Shown: in pieces, positions 1 through 8,648 of the stretch
Numbering within the stretch: the first letter of the stretch is position 1
Layout: every line of letters begins with the position of its first letter
Virus record (IMG/VR): IMGVR_UViG_3300048575_000440
Span: 1-48,963 of that record
Direction: 5' to 3' (one strand)
DNA length: 48,963 nt
From: a virus
Lineage: Duplodnaviria > Caudoviricetes
Made by a program: the position numbers and the translations under genes
Notes under the pieces: model-generated
What the model saw: the letters and a program-made list of their open reading frames with translations, nothing else
Database searches by the model: none
Told to the model about the DNA's origin: nothing

Positions 1-390
1 TCACCTCCTGAAGATGCGAGCCACCTTCTCGATGGTCCTTCCGCCGACGTATGTGGTGACGATGATACCGGCCCAATCAGCGACCGTGCCGGCGATGGGA
101 TCAGTCGTGCCCAGCCCCAGGACTTTGTCCCACACCATCACCTTCCAGAGAAAGATGATGATTGGCAGCGCGAGCAGCGGCCGGATGGCGGCTGTGTACC
201 ATCGACCCTGTTCGGCGATGATGATGGCCGAGGCCTGCTTGCGCGCCTCTATCTCTGCCTCGATCTCCTTCACAGCAAGATCGACAGCGAGTCGGTCTTG
301 CGTGTTGGCGGCGGCCAGCTTCGCCTTGTAGGCATTGACTAGCCCACTGACGAGTGGACCGCCGAGAAAGCTTGCGAGCCATGACCACAT
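1..390 (-). CDS. Putative holin (3-TM, GTA-holin-like)
   Basis: Hydrophobic segments, IRP motif, basic C-terminus (GGRTIEKVARIFRR); last gene of lysis cassette; ATG overlaps upstream TGA. Confidence 0.65.
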   Translation of the reverse strand: MWSWLASFLGGPLVSGLVNAYKAKLAAANTQDRLAVDLAVKEIEAEIEARKQASAIIIAEQGRWYTAAIRPLLALPIIIFLWKVMVWDKVLGLGTTDPIAGTVADWAGIIVTTYVGGRTIEKVARIFRR

Positions 391-632
391 CACTCGGCGT
401 CCTTGTTCAAAGTGCGCCGGCGGGCGAGTTCGGTGACGAGCGCGAAGGCGATGATGTAGTAGGGCACGTGCCTCGGATCGAGTAGTGCCTGGATGCTGTC
501 CTTGATGCCGGGCAGCTCAAACATGTCGGCTACCGTGCCGAGTGCGGCAATGACGAGCCCGCCGAGCCCCACCAGCCGCGCCCAGACGATCGTGGCCGAG
601 CGCTTGAACCACGCTTTGATTTTTTCCCACAT
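390..632 (-). CDS. Small 2-TM phage membrane protein (lysis cassette)
   Basis: MWEKIKAWFKRSATIVWARL..., 80 aa, two hydrophobic helices; forms the C-terminal part of track ORF 390..797. Confidence 0.6.
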   Translation of the reverse strand: MWEKIKAWFKRSATIVWARLVGLGGLVIAALGTVADMFELPGIKDSIQALLDPRHVPYYIIAFALVTELARRRTLNKDAE

Positions 633-636
633 TGTT

Positions 637-797
637 TCAGTTCCCCACGAACGTCTTGATCTTGGCGTGAAGCGCAGATGCCTTGTCATGAAGCGATCTG
701 ATCGCAGCTTGGCATTCGATGCCCAAGCGCGAAGTTTCGGCCAGGTAAGAATCGCGGCGATGTACCCAGCGACAAGAGCCCTGATGATCCAGAACAT
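637..797 (-). pseudogene. Small TM + amphipathic helix protein with apparent 1-nt deletion near 708
   Basis: Strong AGGAGG RBS before ATG 797; adding one base gives ...AKAAIRSLHDKASALHAKIKTFVGN* ending at TGA 637-639, just before ATG 632. Confidence 0.55.
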
Positions 798-806
798 AGA
801 GTCCTC

Positions 807-1334
807 CTATGCAGCGAGTGCCTTAACGGCACTGACGATGCTGCGGTGAACGTTGGCGTCGTCGTCGATGCGCACGTGCAATTGATCGCGACGCTCAATC
901 GTCGTGCGCGCTTTCCAATGCGCCGCGTTTTCGCCCTCGGCCGGCACTACGATGCCGCGGCCGACGGGATCGACCTTCTGATACGGGTTGTAGACGCGCT
1001 TGACGTTGATCGGGACGCTAAGCGGCATTTGCGCGGCCGGGTCGATGGCGGCGAGATAGTCCACTTCGATGCCTTGCGTCGCGAGACGATCCGCAATCAT
1101 GATGGCGGCGTTGCCGCCGAAGGAGTGACCGCTCAGGGCGATGAGGCGCCCAGACCTCTGCGCGGCGATGCAAGCTTGCGTGAGGTTTCCGACATATTCG
1201 AATCCGAAAATGCCGTGATCGTCAGTGGTCGCGCTGACGCCCCCGATCTTGTTCAGGAGGGTGGTCAGCTTCACCATTCCATTCGAGGGAAAGCGCGCGA
1301 GCCCGCGGATGTTGAAGGCGCGAACTTTTCTCAT
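807..1334 (-). CDS. Alpha/beta-hydrolase fold esterase/lipase-like protein
   Basis: GHSFGG nucleophile elbow, IDP strand end, candidate Asp (DPVG) and His (HVRID); overlaps endolysin stop. Confidence 0.75.
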   Translation of the reverse strand: MRKVRAFNIRGLARFPSNGMVKLTTLLNKIGGVSATTDDHGIFGFEYVGNLTQACIAAQRSGRLIALSGHSFGGNAAIMIADRLATQGIEVDYLAAIDPAAQMPLSVPINVKRVYNPYQKVDPVGRGIVVPAEGENAAHWKARTTIERRDQLHVRIDDDANVHRSIVSAVKALAA

Positions 1335-2158
1335 GACGCATGCCCTTTAATCGCCGGGACCGGCACCAGACCGGGGGTAGGGGCGTGCTGCTTTCGCTGT
1401 TGCAACCAATGGAAGGCGATCCAGCCGACTCCAGCGATCAGCACGAAGCCGCCGACAAGGGCGGCGATCATCCAAGGGTCATGACCGGATTGGTGCAGCG
1501 TGGTCGCACTAACGCCGCCAGCCGTGATGGGCGTCGCAGTCGTGACCTTTTGCAGGGTCTTGGGGAGAGGAACGATTCCCTTCGCCGCCGGGCCATCTAG
1601 GGGCGCCGGCTGCGGGCTTGGTGCAGCGGCAATCGCTCGGTGCTCGGCGAGCCGTAACGAGAACGACCTCACTTCGGCCACTCGTCGGCCCCAGCCGGCA
1701 CCAAACACCGGCCAGGTCTTGAGGCTTTTCAGGAAGCGCAGGCGCTCGTCGTTGATTGCGACGATGATGGCTTTGGCATCGCGCTTGGCGACGGCGGCGA
1801 GAACCTGATCCGTGACCGTGCTGGTGTTGTCAGGAAGCCCAAGCACGCGGCGCAGCACCTTGCCGCTGCGGCCGATCCCTGAATTCACGCCATAGTCGAA
1901 GACCGAGTAGTCGACGCCAGCGGGAAGCTCATCGCAGCGCTGCGCGTCCCAGTATTTGATGCGGTAGATTGCCTTGGCCTGGTCGAGCTTCATAGCTCGC
2001 ACGTCAGCCGCCGTGGCATTCGGCTTCACGTATTTGCGGTAATCCTGGATGGTGATGCCGAAGTTGGTGGGCCCGCCCGGGTCCGACGGATGGTTGGTGT
2101 AGCCACCCTCATGCACGAGCAGGCGGCGCAAGGCTTCGTCGTAGGTCGATTTCGCCAT
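1331..2158 (-). CDS. Endolysin, glycoside hydrolase family 108, with PG-binding region and C-terminal TM segment
   Basis: HEGGYTNHPSDPGGPTNFGIT motif, FDYGVNSG, FGAGWGRR; start taken at MAKSTYDEAL. Confidence 0.9.
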   Translation of the reverse strand: MAKSTYDEALRRLLVHEGGYTNHPSDPGGPTNFGITIQDYRKYVKPNATAADVRAMKLDQAKAIYRIKYWDAQRCDELPAGVDYSVFDYGVNSGIGRSGKVLRRVLGLPDNTSTVTDQVLAAVAKRDAKAIIVAINDERLRFLKSLKTWPVFGAGWGRRVAEVRSFSLRLAEHRAIAAAPSPQPAPLDGPAAKGIVPLPKTLQKVTTATPITAGGVSATTLHQSGHDPWMIAALVGGFVLIAGVGWIAFHWLQQRKQHAPTPGLVPVPAIKGHAS

Positions 2159-2178
2159 TGGATCGCTCCCAGAATCGA

Positions 2179-2204
2179 AACGGCCGCCCGAAAGGGCGGC
2201 CGTT
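2179..2204 (-). terminator. Terminator-like hairpin between tail fibre and endolysin
   Basis: Perfect 11-bp stem AACGGCCGCCC/GGGCGGCCGTT, 4-nt loop; only a weak U-tract. Confidence 0.5.
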
Positions 2205-2234
2205 GTTGCAGTTGCTGTTCGAGGTTGGTGGTTT

Positions 2235-3326
2235 TCAGGGGACGTAATGGCCCCAGAACTCGTTGGTGGTCGCGGCGATGTAGCCGTCGTTGGTCGTGAA
2301 ATAGGTAAAGACCTCGATGGCATCTCCGGCGGACAGTTGCAGGAGCGAGTTGGCCTGGATCGATGTTTCCAGGGTGGCCATGTTGAAGATGCCATCCTCC
2401 GACTGCTCGAGCTTGGTGCCGTTCTTGTAGAAGGCGATGTACCAGGCGAGCGGATTGGCGGCATTGACCTTGAATTTGATGCTGCTGCCAAAGAGGTAGC
2501 AGCCGTCGATTGGCGCTACGAACCGGTTGTTGCTCGCATCGAACGCGTTCTGGTCATTAAAAAGGGCGTTGTTGAACTGGACCTTGGTCCAGGTGTTGGC
2601 GGCGATATAGTTGTCGAAGTTCGTGTATGCGGAAAACTTCGGCGCGAGCGGGAGCTTGAGCCGGCCGGTATTCCGGTCGATGACGAAGCCGGTGAAGTAG
2701 TTCGAGCCGTCTGGTGACACTTTGACGGTGAAGTCGTCGTCACCCAGGAGTCCGAACAGGGCCCGGGTGCTGAAGGCATCCTGGAAGATGAAGCCGGCGT
2801 CTTTTGCAGCCGCGCTCTTGTTCAGCGTCACGCGCAGATCGCCGGTGCCGGGCGTGACATCGTCATGACTGAGCAGCACCGCATTGGACTTCACCGCGAG
2901 CCGGTTGGTGTTGTCGGCCGCCGTGAGAATGCCGAGCTTGCTTAAGGTACCGCTGCCGGCGCCGGTGATCGTCAGGTAGCCACCCGCGGCGGCCAGGTCC
3001 GTCCAATTTGGTCCAGTCCAGACCGTCAGCGCCCCGGTTGCCTCATCGAAACAGAGCCAACCCTTCTTCGGGACGAGCTTGACCCATTGGCCGCTGGTGT
3101 AGAGGGCGATGTTGAGGTCCCAGGCCGCCCAGGCGCCCGTCGCGCCTGAGGCCACCTTGTAGCGATCGCCTTCTGAGGGCGAGGCCGGCGGCGCGGTGTG
3201 CGTCGAGTCGACCACCGACAGCATGACAATCGCATCTAGGATGACGATCGCCTGGTTGAGGGTGACGTGCTTCTGCGACTGGCTTGCCGCGATCAGCGGC
3301 AGCCCGAGATGCGGCGTGTCGGTCAT
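2235..3326 (-). CDS. DUF2793-family tail fibre / receptor-binding protein with C-terminal C1q-like domain
   Basis: N-terminal TPHLGLPLIAASQSQKHVTLNQA; C-terminal FVAPIDGCYLF...LQLSAGDAIEV pattern. Confidence 0.8.
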   Translation of the reverse strand: MTDTPHLGLPLIAASQSQKHVTLNQAIVILDAIVMLSVVDSTHTAPPASPSEGDRYKVASGATGAWAAWDLNIALYTSGQWVKLVPKKGWLCFDEATGALTVWTGPNWTDLAAAGGYLTITGAGSGTLSKLGILTAADNTNRLAVKSNAVLLSHDDVTPGTGDLRVTLNKSAAAKDAGFIFQDAFSTRALFGLLGDDDFTVKVSPDGSNYFTGFVIDRNTGRLKLPLAPKFSAYTNFDNYIAANTWTKVQFNNALFNDQNAFDASNNRFVAPIDGCYLFGSSIKFKVNAANPLAWYIAFYKNGTKLEQSEDGIFNMATLETSIQANSLLQLSAGDAIEVFTYFTTNDGYIAATTNEFWGHYVP

Positions 3327-3329
3327 GGT

Positions 3330-6300
3330 TTAAGAGACTGTCTTGATCGCGCCGGTGCCGCGCCCATAGGCGAGGCTCACCTGGTAGACGGCGAACTTCA
3401 TCTGGGCCTGACTGGCGCCGAAATCAGCGACCTGCAGGGCCGCGGTGTAAAGGAAGGTCGGCTGGTTGACGCGGACCGTGCGCTTCACCGCGCCCGTTCC
3501 GATATCGATGATGTCGATCTCATAGAGCTCGACCTCTTCGCCGAGCGGCACGTCCGGTGCTTCCCAGTTGTCGCCGCCGATGCGCGTGCGGCGGATCCAG
3601 CTGAGTGTCCAATCGAAGGTGACTGGGTCGCGGATGCCGGCGAGATGAACGGGGCTGTAAGGACGCAGACCCACGCCATGGAAGCTGTACGTGACTGCCT
3701 GGTAGGTCGGATCATCGATCGTCTTGGTGGAGGGCCCCCATTTCCAGGTCCAGGGATTGTGCCGCTCGGTGACGGCGATGGTCGATTGAACGACGGTTGG
3801 ATCGAGCATCACGAAGGGTGCACCGGCGGCGACCGGATCGCGCATCGTGTATTCGCTGCCAAGCTGGCCGCGGAGAAGCCGCGTGAGCTTGTATTGATCG
3901 GGCGCGATCAGCTCGGCACTCGCGAACTGGAGAATCTCCCATTCCCCGTCGGCGTTCCGAATCGCGCAGGTATTGCCGCCGGCGAGCACGAAGGCGTCCT
4001 CAAGCGAGGCGAGCCACTGGGTCGCGGGCAACTGCACAGTGAGACTATTTGCCATGTCCCAGGTCCACAAGGGGCCGGAATAGAAGTCGAACAGCGTCTT
4101 GCCGATCGTCGCGCGATTGATAATGAACTGGTCGCGCACGAAGCCGCTCGCCTCCGGCGAGCGAAAAACGTCGACCCGCGCCCAGGGCTCGGCATAGGCG
4201 GCAAGGTGCGGCACACCCGGGACCTCGCTCGCGGTGAGGACGGGCAGGTCCATGATGTGAAGGACGGCCGGCCCGGGCTCGGCCTCAGGCCGCGGCTGGC
4301 GGGAGGGCGCAGGTGAATCGGGTGCGCCGTAGGTGGCCTCATCGGTGCGAACGAGCTTCGCGGGCCGATTTCGCTCATAGCCCAGTTGCTCGATCCGCAT
4401 CTCAAAGGTGCGGCCGTTGAGGTCGAGTGTGACGACATCGGTCGGCTCCAGGGCATAGGCCGAGGGCGGCAGCGTGAGGTCGGCGCGCTCGCGCATGACC
4501 CAGGTGTCGACGAGGAGCGCATCGGCGATGCCCTGCGCCTCGGAATAATCGATGGCAAGCGCAGGCGTGAGCTCGATGGTACGGCGGCTCGATCCCCTGA
4601 GACGGCGGGAATAGACATCGGCGGACTGGTAGTCGTTGTCAGGATCGAGAAAGCGCAGATGCGCGGTCTCGGGCAGGTCGGTCTCCTGCGCGCGCGTCAG
4701 GGTATAGAAGCGTTTGTCTTCGCTGCCGGTATCGACGAACTCGTCCAGACTTAAGCCTGCGACCGGCGCCGCGCCGCGCTGGACGAAACGGATCGCGTTG
4801 CCTGACTCGACCGCATCGAAAAAGTAGACCTGCATCAGGGGGCTGAGCGCATTGCGCGCGCTCATGATGCTGTCGATCGTAAATCCGCGCACCATGCCAT
4901 TGATGCCGGAGGTGTCGATCGAGACGCCAAGACCTCCGCAGATCTCCTCCACGGTGTCGGCGAGCGTGACGAGCCCAAGCCGGCCGGAAAGCCAGTGGCC
5001 GCGCCGCCAATTGGCCGCATCGCGCCAGACCAGCGAGGAATTCGGATATTGCGGGTAGGGGCGGGCGTCCCAGGTCCAGGCAAACAGCGAGCCCGGATCG
5101 ATCATCGGCCCGCCGTAGAGCGACGAGGTCGGGTTGTGGCCGGCCGCGGGATTCCAATGCGTGATGTGCGCTTCGAGGAAGGCGCGCTGGATCAGGTCGT
5201 CGCGCCGCCCTGTCGAGAAATACGGCAGGACGCTTTCCGAGGATTTCGGGTCATAGAAGACGTTGGGCTGGTTCGATCCCTTGTCGATCGCCGGACACCC
5301 GAACTCGGTGAACCAGATCGGTTTTGACTGCGGCACCCAGGCCGTCGGCGATGCGCTCTCGATGCCACCCGGGCGGTCGTAGTGCAGGTTCGCCCACCAG
5401 CTATGAAAATCCTTGAAGCGGAAGACCCACGGCTTGCCGTAGGCACCGTCCGCGACCTCCGTGCGCGTTTGCGTTTTGCGGTCATCGCTCGAAGCATAGA
5501 ACCAGTCGAAGAGTTCGCCGCCTTCGATGTTACCTTGCAGGTAATCCTGGTCGTAGATCGAGGCAGCGCCCGCCTGCGCGTGGAGATGCAGGCGGCCCGA
5601 GCGCCAGTCGGATAGCGGCATGTAATTGTCGACGCCGACGAAATCGATGTTCGCGCTCGCCCACAGCGGATCGAGATGGAAGTAGAGGTCGTTCGAGCCG
5701 TCATCGGGCCGGAAGTTCGCGTACGCGCTCCAGTCCGCGGCATAGCCGACCTTGCAGCCCGGGCCGACGATTGTCTTCACATCGGCGGCAAGCGCGGCCA
5801 GGTGCGAGACCGCCGGAAAGGCGGAAGCGCCCGATCGCACGCGATTGAGCGCGACCATCTCGGAGCCGATCAGGAAGCCATCGACGCCGCCCGCCGCAAG
5901 CGCGAGCTCGGCACAATGCAAAATGAAGCGTCGATACGACCATTCATCCGGACCGCTATAGGGGATCGTATTGCCGTTCCACGCCCCGAAGTGGGCCGGC
6001 ATGGCAGTGCCGAAGAAGGCATCGATCTGGGCTGCCGCCGCCGCAGTCTTGTCCACCGTGCCCGCATAGCCCGGCGCCGGCGCGCAGGTGATGCGACCGC
6101 GCCACGGAAAGGCCGGCTGCCCATCGGTTGCGGCGTTGTCGCTGTAGGGATTCGGCAGGCTGTTGCCCGCCGGGATGTCCATCATCACGAACGGATAGAG
6201 CACGACACGCAATCCGCGCGCCTTCAGCTCGGTGATGGCCTGCACCAAGGAACGGTCAGCAGGCGCGCCGCCGAGCAGGGCGCCGAAGCTGTCGGAGGAG

Positions 6301-7301
6301 ACGACATCGGCGCTGCCGCGACCGATGCCGGACACCTGCCAGCTCCAGGGCGTCGTTTCCTTGCTTTCGCCGAACTCGACCTTCGGCTTGATCTGGCAGT
6401 TGCCGCAGCGAAGATCTGTGCCGTGCCAGGCGACAACCAGCGAGACGGCATTGACGTTCGGAGCGCTCGCCTGCAGCTGGTCGAGCGCCACCAAGAAATC
6501 CGCCTTGCCGTGACTGCCATGCCGGTTCTCGGCGATCGAGTGGCCAAATCCGTCCGAGCGATAGACCGTGTCGGTCGCGTAGATGAACTCTCCAAGTCCC
6601 GGAATGATGGTCACAGCTTTGAGAACATCTTCGAGCCGAACGCCGGTTGCGCTTGGCCGGCGGATGACCTCGACCGTGATCTGCGGGATGCGGTTGCCAA
6701 ATTTTTCGAGCGGCATCTCCTCGAACACGAGACAGGCAAGCCCGCGGAAACCGGGGACGCGGCCCGAGCCCTCGACCGCCGCGATCTTGGGATCAGGCCC
6801 CTGCGTCTCGTCTCCCTTGTAGAGCCGGAAGGTGTATTGCGACATGTCGAGTGGCTTGCCGTCGGCCCAGACGCCGCCAATGCCGACGATCGGTCCTTCG
6901 CAGAGGCCCAGCGCGAACGACACGAAATACAGATAAGTCGTCGTCTTCGTCGTGACGGTCGAAGGTGCGCCGCCACCACCGCCTCCACCGCCTTTGCCGC
7001 CCCCGCCGCTGGAGGTCGTCTGCGTCTGCGTGGACACCTCGACCACTTCGCGAAAGTTCGTCGCCCAGATAATCTGCGGGCTGACCCGCATGCGGCCGAT
7101 GACGCGCAGGATGGGCGCGCCTTCGCTCGACGAGGTGACAAAGAGATCGGTAAGCCGCGGGCCCTCCTGAATATTGTCGATGTTGGCGGGCGAAGGGGCA
7201 AACAGCTTGCGGTCGATGAAGCTCCCGGCAAAGGAGCCGACGAGCGCGCCGACCGGGCCGGCGACTGCATAGCCGGCAACCGTCAGAACCAGCGAAGCCA
7301 T
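3330..7301 (-). CDS. GTA-like baseplate multidomain protein (megatron; TIM-barrel + tail protein)
   Basis: 1323 aa; EGPRL, GGGKGG linker, FGNRIPQ, YAADWS, KPIWFTEFGCPAIDKGSNQPNVFYDPKSSES, WTWDARPYP. Confidence 0.92.
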   Translation of the reverse strand: MASLVLTVAGYAVAGPVGALVGSFAGSFIDRKLFAPSPANIDNIQEGPRLTDLFVTSSSEGAPILRVIGRMRVSPQIIWATNFREVVEVSTQTQTTSSGGGGKGGGGGGGGAPSTVTTKTTTYLYFVSFALGLCEGPIVGIGGVWADGKPLDMSQYTFRLYKGDETQGPDPKIAAVEGSGRVPGFRGLACLVFEEMPLEKFGNRIPQITVEVIRRPSATGVRLEDVLKAVTIIPGLGEFIYATDTVYRSDGFGHSIAENRHGSHGKADFLVALDQLQASAPNVNAVSLVVAWHGTDLRCGNCQIKPKVEFGESKETTPWSWQVSGIGRGSADVVSSDSFGALLGGAPADRSLVQAITELKARGLRVVLYPFVMMDIPAGNSLPNPYSDNAATDGQPAFPWRGRITCAPAPGYAGTVDKTAAAAAQIDAFFGTAMPAHFGAWNGNTIPYSGPDEWSYRRFILHCAELALAAGGVDGFLIGSEMVALNRVRSGASAFPAVSHLAALAADVKTIVGPGCKVGYAADWSAYANFRPDDGSNDLYFHLDPLWASANIDFVGVDNYMPLSDWRSGRLHLHAQAGAASIYDQDYLQGNIEGGELFDWFYASSDDRKTQTRTEVADGAYGKPWVFRFKDFHSWWANLHYDRPGGIESASPTAWVPQSKPIWFTEFGCPAIDKGSNQPNVFYDPKSSESVLPYFSTGRRDDLIQRAFLEAHITHWNPAAGHNPTSSLYGGPMIDPGSLFAWTWDARPYPQYPNSSLVWRDAANWRRGHWLSGRLGLVTLADTVEEICGGLGVSIDTSGINGMVRGFTIDSIMSARNALSPLMQVYFFDAVESGNAIRFVQRGAAPVAGLSLDEFVDTGSEDKRFYTLTRAQETDLPETAHLRFLDPDNDYQSADVYSRRLRGSSRRTIELTPALAIDYSEAQGIADALLVDTWVMRERADLTLPPSAYALEPTDVVTLDLNGRTFEMRIEQLGYERNRPAKLVRTDEATYGAPDSPAPSRQPRPEAEPGPAVLHIMDLPVLTASEVPGVPHLAAYAEPWARVDVFRSPEASGFVRDQFIINRATIGKTLFDFYSGPLWTWDMANSLTVQLPATQWLASLEDAFVLAGGNTCAIRNADGEWEILQFASAELIAPDQYKLTRLLRGQLGSEYTMRDPVAAGAPFVMLDPTVVQSTIAVTERHNPWTWKWGPSTKTIDDPTYQAVTYSFHGVGLRPYSPVHLAGIRDPVTFDWTLSWIRRTRIGGDNWEAPDVPLGEEVELYEIDIIDIGTGAVKRTVRVNQPTFLYTAALQVADFGASQAQMKFAVYQVSLAYGRGTGAIKTVS

Positions 7302-7303
7302 GG

Positions 7304-7777
7304 CTAATCCGCGATCGCTGGAAAGCGGAAGGCGTAGGCGATGCGCCGGCGCCAGGCGGCGGGGAGAGCGTCCTCAGCGACCGCGTGACCCTCATAGGCG
7401 TGGATGATGGCGTTCGGTCCCGAGGTGATCGCGGCATGCTTGGCGATCCCTCGGTCGCGCACGCGGATGAGGATCACGTCGCCCACTTCAAGCGGCACGC
7501 CGTCGCGGAAAGGCGCGGCATCGATCTCGATAAGATGCCGGCGCGCGGCATCGCGTAGGGTCTCTTCGCCGGTCTCCTCCGCCCAGTACGGCGAATAGGG
7601 CGTGATCGGCTCCTTTTCGGGACCGTAGAAGGTACGGTAGACGCCGCGGATCAGCCCGAGACAGTCGCAGCCCGCGCCCTTGAGCGAGGCCTGGTGCCGA
7701 TAGGGCGTGCCGATCCAGGAGCGCGCCTCGGCGAGGATGACCGCGCGGCTGACGCTAGCCGATACGAGACTTGCCAT
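7304..7777 (-). CDS. NlpC/P60 cell-wall peptidase (GTA g14-like)
   Basis: WIGTPYRHQAS..GCDCLGL and AKHAAI..IIHAY catalytic Cys/His motifs; start approximate. Confidence 0.9.
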   Translation of the reverse strand: MASLVSASVSRAVILAEARSWIGTPYRHQASLKGAGCDCLGLIRGVYRTFYGPEKEPITPYSPYWAEETGEETLRDAARRHLIEIDAAPFRDGVPLEVGDVILIRVRDRGIAKHAAITSGPNAIIHAYEGHAVAEDALPAAWRRRIAYAFRFPAIAD

Positions 7778-8645
7778 CGTTGCGATCGCCGGTGTTGGGA
7801 TAGGATACGACCGTGTCGTTGCCCGGAATGAAAGGAAAGCCACGGAAATTCGCGACGTTGCCAAACTTCGTGATGCAGGTATCGAGGCTCTTGTCGCAGC
7901 CGGCCGTGACGGTGAACTCATCGCCTGCGGCAATATCGAAGGCCATGGTTTCCCAGAGCTCGAACGAGACCTCGGCGCCGGTGTTGACGTGGGTCTTGAC
8001 CTCGATCGCCGCGCCCTGATTGGCGCCGCTCGTCCACACGAGCCGGCCTCCGCCGAACCAGCCGTCAGCGAACGCATCGAGCCCACTGGCCGAGAAGATG
8101 TGATTTGAACTCACGCTGTCGACGGTGCCATTGCCGTTGTAGGTGGGTGCGTCCACGTTGACCGTGCAGCGGCTGTCGCCAAGATTGGCGTCGCAGGCGC
8201 GCTGATAGATGCGTCCGCGTTCCTGGTTGAGCGCATGCGAGAGTCCGCGCATTTCCGCGGTGAAGGCATTGAGCCCCCGCGAAATCTCCCCGACCGAGCC
8301 GGCAAAGACGATGTCGCGGTCGGCCACATTGGTCCAGTCGACGAGATAGAGCGTGAGTGCTGCATTGTCGTAGAGACCTGCGGCGAGATCGGCTTCGTTC
8401 AGATGGTCGCTCTGCAGCGCCCCTGCGATGTCCGTGGTGTCGACATTCAAGGACAGCGTTTGAGTCACGGCTGAAGCGGTCATGCCGGCGAGCGCTTCGT
8501 AGGCCACGCCGTCGAACGTCAGGTTCTCGTCGTGGTCAGTGAAGCCAAGCTTGACGCCATCGGTCCGTACCAAGAGCCAGCAATGGCAGAACGTAGTCAG
8601 CCCGCTCGCGAGCTTCTCCTGCATGGACGCGGTCAGATCGCGCAT
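7755..8645 (-). CDS. DUF2163 / BR0599 baseplate hub protein
   Basis: CHCW..GFTDHD, CDANLGDSRC, AGCDK..C..KFGNVANFRGFPFIPG. Confidence 0.9.
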   Translation of the reverse strand: MRDLTASMQEKLASGLTTFCHCWLLVRTDGVKLGFTDHDENLTFDGVAYEALAGMTASAVTQTLSLNVDTTDIAGALQSDHLNEADLAAGLYDNAALTLYLVDWTNVADRDIVFAGSVGEISRGLNAFTAEMRGLSHALNQERGRIYQRACDANLGDSRCTVNVDAPTYNGNGTVDSVSSNHIFSASGLDAFADGWFGGGRLVWTSGANQGAAIEVKTHVNTGAEVSFELWETMAFDIAAGDEFTVTAGCDKSLDTCITKFGNVANFRGFPFIPGNDTVVSYPNTGDRNDGKSRIG

Positions 8646-8648
8646 CGC

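Noticed and set aside
2159-2491. N-terminal extensions of track ORFs (e.g. endolysin to 2491, gpG to 14279, NlpC to 8086)
   Set aside because: They overlap upstream real genes in another frame; starts were trimmed to coupled or RBS-supported codons.
2235-3326. Diversity-generating retroelement or invertible fibre cassette
   Set aside because: No reverse transcriptase, template/variable repeat pair or adjacent invertase found.
6965-7012. Gly-rich low-complexity run in the baseplate protein
   Set aside because: Ordinary GGGKGG linker of this family, not a DNA repeat element.
5676-7307. Long antisense ORFs (e.g. 5676..7307, 11564..13024, 21872..23548, 26081..27664, 33463..34935)
   Set aside because: Shadows of real genes in high-GC DNA; no recognisable motifs or RBS.
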